From the NCBI RefSeq assembly GCF_009914755.1, contig NC_060925.1: a stretch of DNA of 64,000 nt. One strand, 5' to 3'. The position numbers were made by a program, and so were the translations under genes. The notes beneath the pieces are model-generated. The model ran no database searches and was not told the origin of the DNA. It saw only the letters and a list, made by a program, of their open reading frames with translations. Positions 52,660 to 64,000 of this stretch are shown here, piece after piece. Each line of letters begins with the position of its first letter. Position 1 is the first letter of the stretch. The stretch comes from the human T2T-CHM13v2.0 reference genome, Homo sapiens.

Positions 52660-53720
52660 CACTCAGTCCTGAATAACTTTTCAGAGGGCTCCAGACACCG
52701 CAGTATGACAGCTAAACCAAGGCGCATCGGATGCGATGGAATTGCTCTACAAGCAACCTTGCCAAAGGCCCTTTTCGATGCACAAAGCTGGCTCTATCTT
52801 TGTATATTGAGGGAGCTAAATCAATGTTAAATGCTTGGCTCTTTTCACAGGACAATGACCAGGACCTAAGCTGCGTCCTTCCTTTTTGATTGACACTTGA
52901 AACGCAGCGCGGGAATCAGCCAGAGGCGCTGCTACAAGCCGAACCCTCTGCTGGGATAACCACTGGTGACATCTGCAGAAAGGCCGACAAAAGGCAGTTG
53001 AAAGCTGTGTTTGTTGCCTCCCCCCCTCAGATCTCCTCGCTTTCATGGAGCTCCTTCCTTGCTTTAATATTATGATTCAGCACCTGGCTTTTTTGAACCT
53101 TGCTTTAAACTTCAAAAGGCGAGGTGGTATTAACAAACATGAAACGAAAAAGTGGCGGTAGTTTGATTTACTGTTGTCGTCTTATCAAGGGATTTTTTTT
53201 TGTCACCAGCTGCCACTTTCTGTCATCTTTGGAGCCATTATCATTTCTCTAAAATCTAAAAGACTCCACTTAATAACAGCTTTGAATACAGGCAGGATCA
53301 GTAACATACACAGTTCTGGGGATGACAGGACCGTCAAATGAAAAGAAAGATGTTGCCAAAAAAAAAAAAAAAAAAAAAAAAAAATCCAAACCACACAAAT
53401 AAGAGCTGTAGTACTTTCTAGTGACCTTGATTTCTGAATTAAACAAATCAAATCCAATTCTATTGTTCCTTTTGAATTCCAGTTTAGAGTTTCCTTGAGA
53501 AGTTCCTTTTTGTTGTTAGGACTAGTGGGGAGGAAAAAAACCTCAAGCCACAACAAGGCTTTGCTACTGCAGACAGAAGAGGAAGCTGCTGCTATCATGA
53601 AATGTTTGAAACGACCTCTGCTTGTGCCTCCGCTCAGCTAATTACCAGCTCACTTTCACTGACTTTCTAACACTTTGAGCACCCACTTGATGCTGACAGC
53701 CAGGCAAACATTGCAAACTC
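52660..53720. promoter_or_regulatory. Candidate enhancer with TALE-homeodomain motif cluster
   Basis: Repeat-free, ~17 CpG in 52680-53180; TGACAG x4, TGATTGACAC (52887), TGATTTAC (53164). Confidence 0.4.
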
Positions 53721-53899
53721 TCTCTAAAGAGAAGGTTGCTCCATGTTATGCTCTTTCCCAAGGACTAGCAGCTCTGGGCTTTCTCACCAAACCCACAGGA
53801 CCTAAGAGGACTTTCTAACTGTGTTCATGGAAGCTGGGTCCACCAGCCCACTGATTAATCCTGTGATCTGCTTGGAACCTCACACACATGAAGTTGGTC

Positions 53900-54185
53900 A
53901 AAGCCACAAGGAACCTTAGAGATTACCCAATCCAGTGATTTGGTTTCTCCCAAGAACTTTTGCAAAAATATTGATGCTTCCTTGAGCTCCTCTCACATTG
54001 CTTGAATCCACAACTCAGAGAGTGTGCTGCAGACACCTGTATTTTTAAAACTTCTGATGATTCTGATTTCCAAAGAGGATTAAGATGAACCCTTACAGAT
54101 GAGGTTTCTGAGAATCAGAGAACTTGAGTCACTTGCTGAAGGTTGCACAGCAAGTATGTGGCAGAGCTGGACTGAGACTAAGTGA
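53900..54185. mobile_element. MIR (antisense) with nested MER5-like hAT MITE
   Basis: ggaaccttagagatt...| cacctgtatttttaaaac...gatgattctgat |...ttacagatgaggtttctgag..cacttgctgaaggttgcacagc. Confidence 0.6.
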
Positions 54186-55229
54186 TGGGAGCCCAGAACA
54201 ATGCCCACATCTCTATGGTAGATCCACAGATGAAAGCTGGAGAGTGCCAACTGGATGGCGCTTTTCACTATGGACTGGGCTGAGCATCTGCTTTCAAAGA
54301 TGCCAGTCATAGTAACCCAAATTATTGTTACTGCCTCACTTAGCTTTTTCCCATCTGCTTCCCCCCATTAAGTGAGTAAAACTCTTCATAAACTTTCAGA
54401 TACCATGAGTGATGAGTTTCCTACATCCTCCTTCTTCCCTAGCCCCTTAGGGCCTTGAGATATTATACTAAAATGTGGAGGCAATAACTGCTGATCCCTG
54501 GCAAACTTTTCAGAAGTAAAAAAAAATGGAAAAAGGGTGAAGCTGCTCATTTAGAAGTTATCAAGTGCAAAATATTTCATCTGTGCCTTGCTCTGATGTG
54601 TCATCACTTTGAAATAAGCCAAACACACTTGATCATCTGTTTCTTCCTTTTATAATCTATTAACCCAAACTTGCTGTTTTATTACACAGCATTGTTGGGT
54701 GTAGCATCAAAAATCTTATGTATTATAGCTGTTTTTACAAAGCTGTTCGTATCAAATTAGCCATATCAATGATTGCTTAATAGCCTGGAGTTTCAACCCA
54801 TGAACCCTAAGTGGTCTACTTAGGGTGCTCGTTCCTGGACACCTCACAGACCTTTAGAAATAGGAAGCAGAGGTTTGGTCTCCAGATGAAGGAGAGTATC
54901 CTTGGAGATGTCCGTGGATCTGTTCTTGAAACACTGGGACTGTGACAGCTGCTCTAAAAAATAAAAATAAAAAAAAACCCAGAAAATAAACCCAAAACAA
55001 AATTATGAGATCTTTAGCCCAAAAGATCAGGTCAGTTTTGAAGATATAAAACAATACAGCAAGGGCCAATAGTTTATCTCCATGCCAACTTTTAATGAGT
55101 GTTAGTGATGTCTTGGAGGGCTGAATTAACAAGGATTTGGGACTCAATAGTAAAGCTATTATGAATGATTAGCAATGCCTGCCGTGGATGGGGAGATATA
55201 TATGTATGTAGCTTTAAGACCTGATAGAG

Positions 55230-55455
55230 TGGTCAAAATGAGTTTGGAGTTATCCATGGGTTTATAGCCTAGTTTTCATTACTTACTAGGAAGCAATGAA
55301 AATCATTTAGGAAAAATCATTTAGTTTTCTCATTGTAAAATGGGTGTAACACCTTATACTGTGTTTTAAGATTTGAATGACACAGTAAGTAGAAAGCCAT
55401 CATCCCACTGTGTGCCATACGGTAGGTGATGATCAAAAAAATTGAAGCTCTTATT
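55230..55455 (+). mobile_element. MIR
   Basis: tagttttctcattgtaaaatgggtg...gatttgaatgacac. Confidence 0.6.
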
Positions 55456-56029
55456 GCTATTATGGAGGGAATAAAACTATTTCCCTTTAGTTAAGACTTT
55501 ATAGAATAGGTAAAGGAAGCCCTTGGCATCATTCTCTAGGGAATGAGATGCAAGAATTTTGAGCCAGGAAAAATGTTTCTACTCTTCTCCTTAGTCTGAC
55601 AATTTAAAAAAGAAGGAAGGAAGTGAGGATGGGAATAAAGCTAGGGAGGGAAGAATAGAAAGGAAAGAGGGAGAAAAGAAAGGTTCAATGATGGAATAGG
55701 AGAGTGGCAGATCCAGCAGGAAGTTGGCGGGAGATGAGCAGGACTGGGACAAAGTACTGGACATCTTGAGGTATAAAAAGATTTGTTCTTAGACTTTTTG
55801 AAAAGCCTTAGCCCCAGCATTCTGGCCAATAATAAAATTGTTCTATTTTGAATAAAAAGATGATTCTCCCCCATCTCATTAGCCACACTTCATAGTTGTT
55901 CCCCATTGTTAATATATATTTCCATATCTCTGTAGTCCCCACTGTCAAAAGGACAACATGAAAATGAAATTCTATCATAGTACAGTGAGTAGATACCTTC
56001 TGACTAGAACTCAGAAAGTAACAGGCATC

Positions 56030-56200
56030 ATCTCGTGTGTAGCCACATACTGGCCAGGTGTCCTTGGATAAAGTCACATAGTCATTCTGAGACTGTTTCT
56101 TCTTTTATAAAGTGGAAATAAGGAAATCTCATCTGCTAACCTTAAAGGTTATTAGAAGAACAGCTAAAAGGTAATATGTATGAAACATCTTTGTCAACTG
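56030..56200 (+). mobile_element. MIR
   Basis: gtgtccttggataaagtcac...ctgagactgtttcttcttttataaagtgg. Confidence 0.6.
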
Positions 56201-56599
56201 TATATTTTGATGCATGCATGAATGGATGATGACAACTAGTCCCAGGCTTTGCAGACATGGATCCACTTTTCTGGCGGGATTTTAGGAAAGAATATTCTTC
56301 ATTATTTCAGTGGCCCCTGGCCTCACAACCTTCTAAAATATCTCCCCAAATCTTCTTCCTCAGTGATTTGAATTCTCATGGAATTAGAGACTTATTCTTT
56401 TGAGTAACCAAATGACATCATCAGGTAGCTTCTCAAAGAAGTCTACAGTCTTATAAGAAGTAAGGCATTTACTTAGGAAGAACTAGGTTAGTCATTGGAT
56501 TTCTTGGGAAAACAGTACAGATAAATGAGAATGAAAGGGAGATTTGATGGGGAGACAAAGAGAATGAAATGATTAAGCAATTAAGAGATAAACTGACAA

Positions 56600-57370
56600 C
56601 GGCTTCTGTCCTGGATCCACCACTTACTAACCTTATAACTTTCATCAAGCTATTAGATCTCTGCTGGCTTGTGTTTCCTCGTCTGTTTATTTATTCATTC
56701 ATAAGTATTATCAAGCATCTTCTGTGTGTTAGGCCTTGTCCTAGGTAGTAAGAAAGTTAAATTCCTTGACTTTATGAAGCTTGAATTTTACCAGGATAGA
56801 TAGAATATAGTAAACAGAGAAGCACAGTAGAGTAAGTACTAAAAAAAAATAAGAAAAGTGAAAGCTAACATAAAAATAACTAAGCAGGTTAAAGAGAGAG
56901 TGAAAAAGGGGGAATAAGGTGGAGGAGGAAAGCTCTTCAAGGAGGTGCTATTAATGAAAAGATGGAGTGAGCCAGGGGAAATTCTGAGAGAGGAGTATTC
57001 AAGAAAGGAAATGCTAATGCAAAGTCTTTCTTAAATTTAAGGAATGAAAATGGGGTTCATAAGAAATGGTCAGACTTGAGATTGATCTTACAGGTGGAGT
57101 TCACAGTACTTATTGATGGATTAGATATGGGGATGAGGGACAGGGAAGAGTCAAAGATAACTCGGTGATCTGGTTGATAGCTAGGTGGATAAGGAAGATG
57201 GGATTTATTGGGGGGAGGGAATAAGAGTTCTGCTTTAGACATAATACATTTGTAAAATTTTGTAACACTTTAACAATCTGACAAATGGAGATAGTACCTC
57301 TCTATTAGTAGATGAGATAGTGTGTGGAAAGGGCCTATACAGGATCTGATGTGGAACAAGTGCTCAATAC
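56600..57370. mobile_element. MIR (+) split by antisense L2 (~56686-57245)
   Basis: MIR ...gtttcctcgtctg | ttcattcataagtattatcaagcatcttctgtgtg...gagtcaaagataactc | atctgacaaatggagatagtacc. Confidence 0.7.
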
Positions 57371-58774
57371 ACTGTACTTCTATGGAACACTGAGCAGGAA
57401 TGTCACACCAAGCTGTGGGGTGGAACTGATCTTTGTACAGTCAAGAAACTACACAATAATGAGGGAGTGGAGGCCAGGACACCAGTAGAATGAAACCAAG
57501 TATAAGCAGGAGAAGCAAGAGAGGACTGAAGACATGGTTTGAATGCTTCACATTCTGCATTCACTCTACCCAGTGGGGCATGGTGGAAACCAAGAAGCTA
57601 TTTACAAGAGGTTACCAGATCCAATAGTCCATTCTGTACAAAGATTGGTTTTTATTTTTCTTCTTGAACTGACTGACTTAACAGCACATTGGGGGTCATG
57701 AAGACATTGCCTTGGCCCAGGATGCTGAAATGATCTTTACCACTAAACAGCTCACTCCATACTGAAGATGCAGCCTAGGGGATGTGCTTGCTCTAAGCAG
57801 TGGCAAAACACATCTTCCCAAAAGACAAATGGTTTTTGTTCTTCCGTGGTGCAGTAAATCTATGCCAAAAATTTTATTTATCAAGCAGGCATACAAACTG
57901 TTAATGTTAGAAGTTGCTGCTTGTCATCTACTTAGATGACTATCAAAGGCCACTGCCTTCTAGGTCTACCAGCAAGATCTGCTAAACACGACCTATTTTC
58001 TATCATGCGTTTCTTCTAAGTATGAAAAAAGCAAAACCCACCGAAAACAAAACCACAGAAATTCCATTTCTTCCCCTGACTCCCTCCCCATACCCTGGGC
58101 ACACATTTATCAGTTCCATGCAGCAGCTGTGATGGAAATGAGAACTACAGGAAACTTCAGAGTTAGTCATGCCAAATGGCTACATATACTCAGGAGAGGG
58201 CAATTCTGGTCACTCATCTGACACCATGCGGATGGCCCAAGCTACAAAATCTCTCTTAACATTCCTGGGTCTGACCCCCAAACTAATCTGCTAAGGAACC
58301 CTCAGAGCTTGGGGATGTAGGTACTTTGGCCTCAGCTGGACAGTTGAGGAGAGTGAATTTGGAATACAAAGTTGTATGGATAATCTCTAAGCTTTCTACT
58401 CTCTATATAAGACATAGCGACTAATTCCTCAGTTTCACACACACACACAAAGTTTCTTTGATGAGAGTAGATGCTACAGCCTTCTGCACTCAAAAAGCTT
58501 TCCAGAGCAGAGGGGAAAAAAGTAGCAGGGGTGGACAGCACATTTTTGTGGAAAACTAGGGCCCAAGTCTCGGCCAGGCTCCTGACAGCCACTTGGACCT
58601 TGCCCTAGACCCAGTGAGAAGGAGCCATGAGAAGTCAGTTAAAATGATGACCAAGAGTGGAATTCAGTTGAATTAATTTACTTGGGAAAAGAAAGGTTGG
58701 AATTTAGTCAGTAGAGATTGTGTAGTTTTTTCCTGTGGTTGCACACCAACTATTAATTATGTCTTTCTTCTCTT

Positions 58775-58900
58775 CTAGACAGTAAGAGCCTAAAAGGGCC
58801 AGGATGGTGTCTATTTTGTTCAGCCACCCTAACTCCGGCACCTTGGATACTTCTTGGCACATTCTAATTTGATGTGAAATATTTGTTTAATTAATGAACA
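58775..58900 (+). mobile_element. L2 3' end
   Basis: ctagacagtaagagcc...cttggcacatt...aatatttgtttaattaatgaa. Confidence 0.55.
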
Positions 58901-61229
58901 TATTTGTGCATGATGGCACAGCCTCTGAAAGAGTTTAGTATTATAGAATTCTTGAGAAATAATCTGAGCTATTTCATGAGCTGTCAAGGACCACAGGTTG
59001 AACCAAAGTTCCTATGCCTGGGTTTAACAGCTGTAACTCAGGTGATCTGTCCTGACACGTAGCTACGTCACCATGTGAGCACATAGCCCATGCACCTGGT
59101 CAGCCCTTCCTAATCTTAGATAAATTTGTTTACAAAGTCACACAAGCTTTGGAAAATCATTCTGACTCAGGTGATGGGACAAAATTGCATCCCTTAAAAC
59201 GATAAGGTACTCTATCGAGTCTACTTGATAGTACAATGTGACCAATTGCTTGTTAAGTCACACATCTACTAGAACAGTGACAAGAAAGCAGTGACAAGAA
59301 AAATGAGAAAAAGATTCATGATAACATTGTCACGAATTTGCCTAATGCCATCCATATTCGCTTCTCACATCATTCTGTACTGGAGACTTTTGAATAAGTC
59401 AAATGCTGAGATAGGCTTTTGCTACTTGTGACTATTAAATAAGTGTTGTGTTCAAGGCCAGGAAAAAATGATTTTCTCTTAAATTAACAACTTTCAATGG
59501 TTTGTAACGAAAGAGGAACTTGGTGATATGGATAATCCAAAACATTATAGTCTAAAAGTTCTAGAAGGGGTTTCTTCCTTAAGCATCCAGCCTAATCACT
59601 TTCCTTGGGACACAAAGCTGACTGAGGAGGAGAGTTTCTGGGAAGGGGTGAACCAACCCAGCATTCCAAAGTCACCACAGATTCTTTCCATAACAGTGTC
59701 CCAAGTGGATAATGGGTGGAGGTAGAGTGGTGGTAGTGGTAGCTATAAACTACCTTCCAAGTTGCTTATACCTGATTCTTATTTACCCCAAATGCCTACT
59801 TCTAAATATTTACTTCAGCTTTTAATCTATCCTATGGTCACTTGATCAGTTGGTTGATCTTTGACTTGAGAGAGCCTACAGTCAACAGTATGTATGACTT
59901 TCTCTTTATCATCATTGGTGAGTAGGGCATAAGAAGACAGAGTTAGAGGCACAATGGAGTACACATAGTCCTTGTTCTTAGGGAACATGCAGTCAGAAAA
60001 AACTATGGTATTTTGTGTGCAACAGGAAATGTTAAATTTAGAAGAGTTGTCAACATCTGTCCAGGTAAAAAGAAGAAGGAAAGAAAGAAGTACTTCATAA
60101 TTCCATAACTATTTTGAGAGGGAGAGGCATTGGGGACTGGGGGAAGAGAAAGAGAGAGAAAAAGAAGAAAGAGAGAAAACGTTTTGCCGTATCATCCACT
60201 ATCCAGGGCTCATCCATGAAACACAAATACCCTGCCATCCAGAGAACAGAGAGCTGTGAAGAGTGGCTTCTGAGTCACCATCACTGAAGTGGAAATATTT
60301 GTACAAGTTCAAAGGCACCAGAGACCTTGGCAATCATGTGCCCTAGTGAATGTCAAGACATAAGGTGACATCAATACAAACTGACAAACCTGAGGAGTAT
60401 CTTCTATTTGGAATAAGGAAGCTCTGGGGATAAATCAAGCCTCATTCCTTCTTTTAAATAGTGTTTTCATCCGGGTGTGTCTCCAACCCCATGGCCCATG
60501 ATGACACATCATCTGTCTAATTTAACACATTGTGAGCTCTGCAAAGATTAGGATCCCTCAGTAGGGAAAGTCAAGGACTTGAAGAACCATGGTAGCAAAT
60601 CTATGAAATATAAGAATCTGGGTAGGACAATGTTACACCTATTCAATAATCCTGGGAATACTTGGCTCATTGTCTTTCATAGAAGCATGAAGTAGATTTT
60701 CAGGACAAAAGAAAAAAAAAAGACTAAATGAAAGCCAGAACTAGAAATTCTAAGAAGTGATATAGGCTGAGAATATAAGTAAATAGGAAAATAGTTTGAA
60801 TAACTCTTATAGAATTTTTTTAAAGGGAAGTTAGGGTAGTCAGCCTTATGTTCCTCACCTATAAAGGGAAGATCTCGAGCAGAAAAGTGACATAATTCTT
60901 TGCTAACAAACTCGTTGTATTCCAGACACCAACAAAACATTAGTTTCAATGATTTACAGTAAATCTAACAAACATATGCAAGTATGTTTGTTAATACCTG
61001 TGCTAGGTACTATTTCTAAACAGCCATTAGTCTGTTCCAATGGGAGAAATTTCTTCTATTCTCATGGGAATTTCAATAGCCTGATCCATTCAGTAATGAA
61101 AATATAAGACTGCAAAAGAAACAAGGTGGGAGGTAAAGAGGGAGGAAGGAATAGTGTTAGGGATTCCTGCTGTCCTAATTTACCTGGAAATGAAATTATT
61201 ACTGTAAGTTTGTGACAGTATTTCACTTT

Positions 61230-61395
61230 TATGAATTGCTTTATGATTATAAACTTACTCTAGCTTCATAACATCCCTATGAGGTTTGATGGCAGACGTA
61301 TAACCCCATCTCACAGAGGAGTCAGACCAAGAGTAGTTAGTTATTCTCAAGGTTACCTAATGAATGATGTTCAAGTCAGGTCCCAGTCTCCACTT
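61230..61395 (-). mobile_element. MIR
   Basis: cttcataacatccctatgagg...ccccatctcacagagga...ctcaaggttac. Confidence 0.55.
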
Positions 61396-62639
61396 GCTTG
61401 TTGGCATTACCTACCGAACTGTCGGCCAACCCTGACGTTAATACCTCCCTGTGCACAGGATCCAAGATGGCTCTGCTGTCTAATAACTGCACATAGTACG
61501 CCATGTTCAGGCAAAGTGCAGTGGCATTTTGATGGACCTATGAGACGCATTGAAGCTATTAGGAACAGTTGAGAGATCACAGGCAAGATCACCTGTTTTG
61601 GCCACTAACTCTTCAATTCCCCAATACTGTGCCCCTGGCCCTCCCACCCTTTCCTCCTGCTCTACCGCCCATGGTGCATCTCAAAGAACATTCACACATA
61701 CAAAAGAGAATCACAGAGCCGTATGAAGAAGGCTCAGGCAAGTCCAAAACTCCAGGGTATGTAACTGTTTTGAACATGCACTTTTGATAGTCTCTCCAGT
61801 TTAATTGGAAGAGTGCGATTTAGAAGCAAGCAAAGTCATGTGAACATAGCACTGGAGCTCAAAATGAGTATGGACCTTCTCTCTATTCCTTCTCTTCCTG
61901 TCGGTCACTGTCACCTGGTCTACAGGCAGGCCAGCTCTCATCTCAGCTGGCCAGCTCTACCTGAAGTATAAGTAAGTCTGACAAAAACCCAGGTTAAAGC
62001 TTCAAATGCAAGTTTACCTTCCCAGAGCTCTCCCTCCTCCTTTTAAATTGAGACATTTGTTTAAACCCAATTCTTCCCTCAAATGGATAGAGACACTATG
62101 GGCTCTTAATCGGATGCTAGGAAAATGACAGTATTCTGTGGACTTATAGATTATGGAATTTTCTCTCCCACAATTACATGGGCGAGTGGCATAAGAAATA
62201 ATGAAAAATGCATATGAATGGTATAGCACAGTACTCACTGAGAACAAAGAGACAAAGTCCAGAGTTAATACTGTAAAGCATTACTTTCAACTTATAGATA
62301 GCCTAAAAGAACAACATTTTCACAGCAACTCGGAGGTTCATTTGGGACTGACTTAAGGAACCCCCACCCCACCAACAACCACCCCCACCCTTCACACAAA
62401 GGTCACCTGGCCTCTGCCACCTCAGCACTCCCGATATTTTTGCATCCTGAACAGCCAGCCCCACTGTCTGACCAGGTAGCAGTCTTATCACTATGCCCTT
62501 AATGGACTTGGTTGTCATTTGTTGATGAGAAATAAAATAGCAAAAACAACAGCATATAAAGAAACAAAGTTTTCCCCAGAGAGCAGATGGGATTCCACCA
62601 GGACCCCCAGTCTCCATATAATCTCTCCCTCCTCCAAGA

Positions 62640-63580
62640 GAGATCAATTCCCAATCTCTTCCCAGGGAATTACAGGTTCGGTCGTGACATTGGTGAGCCT
62701 TTTAGAATGGCATGCCCAAGGTAGTAATTTTGTAATCTACCGCAGCTGAAGTAAGTATAGACCTGGGCTTGCTCCAGCCTCCTTCTCTCTCCTCCATCCA
62801 GCACTGGGTCCTCACGTAGGTGAAAATACTTTGCATGTAAACAAACTCCTCTCAAAGACACCTCAACCTTGACATTTCTTTCTCCTTTTCCAAACTTGCT
62901 TCCTTTTAAAACACCTCGCGACTGCCGTGCTCCCACATGAGGCCCAATTATCAGAATAATAATTAACAGGCTCTCATTATTTAGGATCAAACAATGCCCC
63001 CTTAATGAAGCAAGCCAAGAATAGCCAATGTAATCCCTTAAAACAGGGCGTGAGTTTTCCTTACACCTTGGGGCGTCTAATCCACTGAAACCATTAGGCA
63101 CCGAGCTGCCCATAACGGCCTGGATAACATTGAGTCAAGGACAGTTAATGGATGCCAGAGCACAGACCAAAGTGCTCCAAGCATGTCAGTCAAGACTAAC
63201 CGGAGGCAAAAACATCAAAATGCAGGTTGGAGTTTTGACATTCCTGCAGGCTCTGAACGCCTCGCCAGTAAATTTTTAAAGTCAATATCCCCCTTATGCT
63301 CATGAACACTTTTCTGTCTGATGAGTAGGACTAATGTGGATCTGATTGAACTGTGACTAAAGTAGGACTTTAAAGGCAGCTTTGAATGTGTGTAGGGCGG
63401 AAAGGGTTTTTTTGTGTGTGTGTTTTGTGTGTGTGTGTTTTCTTTTTTTTCCCCAGAAATGTCTGTGATAATAACGAAGACAGTGTACACAGATTATCAC
63501 AGGCTGTGTCTTTCGACTTCAAGGTTATGTGATTAGAAAATTAGAAAAGCGACGAGATTAGAAAAACCGCAGAACATTTT
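62640..63580. promoter_or_regulatory. Candidate enhancer / conserved non-coding element
   Basis: Unique, CpG-retaining sequence; TAATCC at 63031 and 63078, AACAATG at ~62990, dense TAAT/ATTA at 62945-63006. Confidence 0.35.
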
Positions 63581-64000
63581 GAAAGAAAGCTTTTTTACAA
63601 ATTATCTGTGTGCTGGATTTACACAGAATCTGATAGATGGATCTTCTAATGTTTGGAAATGGATAAATGCAACAATGCAAATAGGAAGAACTGGCTTTGG
63701 AGCCTACTCCTGGCAGAAGTTCAAAACCCATATTAAGTATTCTAATTCACTCAAAGTCTGTTACTTATATTTTTTTAAAAATTGCCCCATGCATACAAAA
63801 ACAAAATATAACCATTCTATAAACATAAAGGTAGAAACAACAATGAGACTGTTGTTTCTCATAATGTGTGACTTTCCCCCAGATTTGGAATAAAACCTTC
63901 TCCTCTCTGCCCTTTCTCTTCTCAGATGCTGAGAATGCTAATTAGAAGACAGGTATCAGGAAGCCCACACAGAGACGGTTTTGGGATTTTGTCAGCACTG

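Noticed and set aside
52915-52935. CTCF-like motif cagccagaggcgctg (also tctgcagatggtgtc near 11271)
   Set aside because: Core spacing or key bases deviate; cannot be supported without a PWM scan or ChIP data.
60966-60993. 11-bp perfect hairpin taacaaacata/tatgtttgtta (also a 9-bp stem near 54805)
   Set aside because: AT-rich stems of this length are expected by chance in 64 kb.

Overview
Primate (catarrhine-type, since an AluY is present; probably human) non-coding genomic DNA. I find no protein-coding gene, RNA gene, processed pseudogene, NUMT or CRISPR array. The only ORFs resembling real proteins are decayed L1 ORF2 and Tigger1 transposase fragments, and the rest are chance or low-complexity ORFs. 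The window is a mosaic of fossil repeats: L1PA/PB, L1M, L2, MIR, seven Alus, MaLR/ERVL LTRs, two near-complete Tigger1 copies in inverted orientation, Tigger2a, MER81, MER58A and MADE1. These are separated by unique segments, several of which retain CpGs and cluster developmental TF motifs (enhancer-like). The structure not explained by repeat families is a set of locally templated copies: a 76-bp inverted copy 5.8 kb away, a 145-bp direct copy with a 14-bp junction duplication where an LTR end is missing at a (TA)n tract, an 18-bp duplication with a fold-back insert, a 43-bp tandem duplication and a 38-bp orphan Tigger1 fragment. There is also a quasi-palindromic 27-bp VNTR and two well-formed non-coding exon candidates on the + strand. 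I cannot support a claim of a new biological system and cannot name the locus. Repeat subfamily calls are from memory of consensus sequences, and boundaries of old repeats are approximate.
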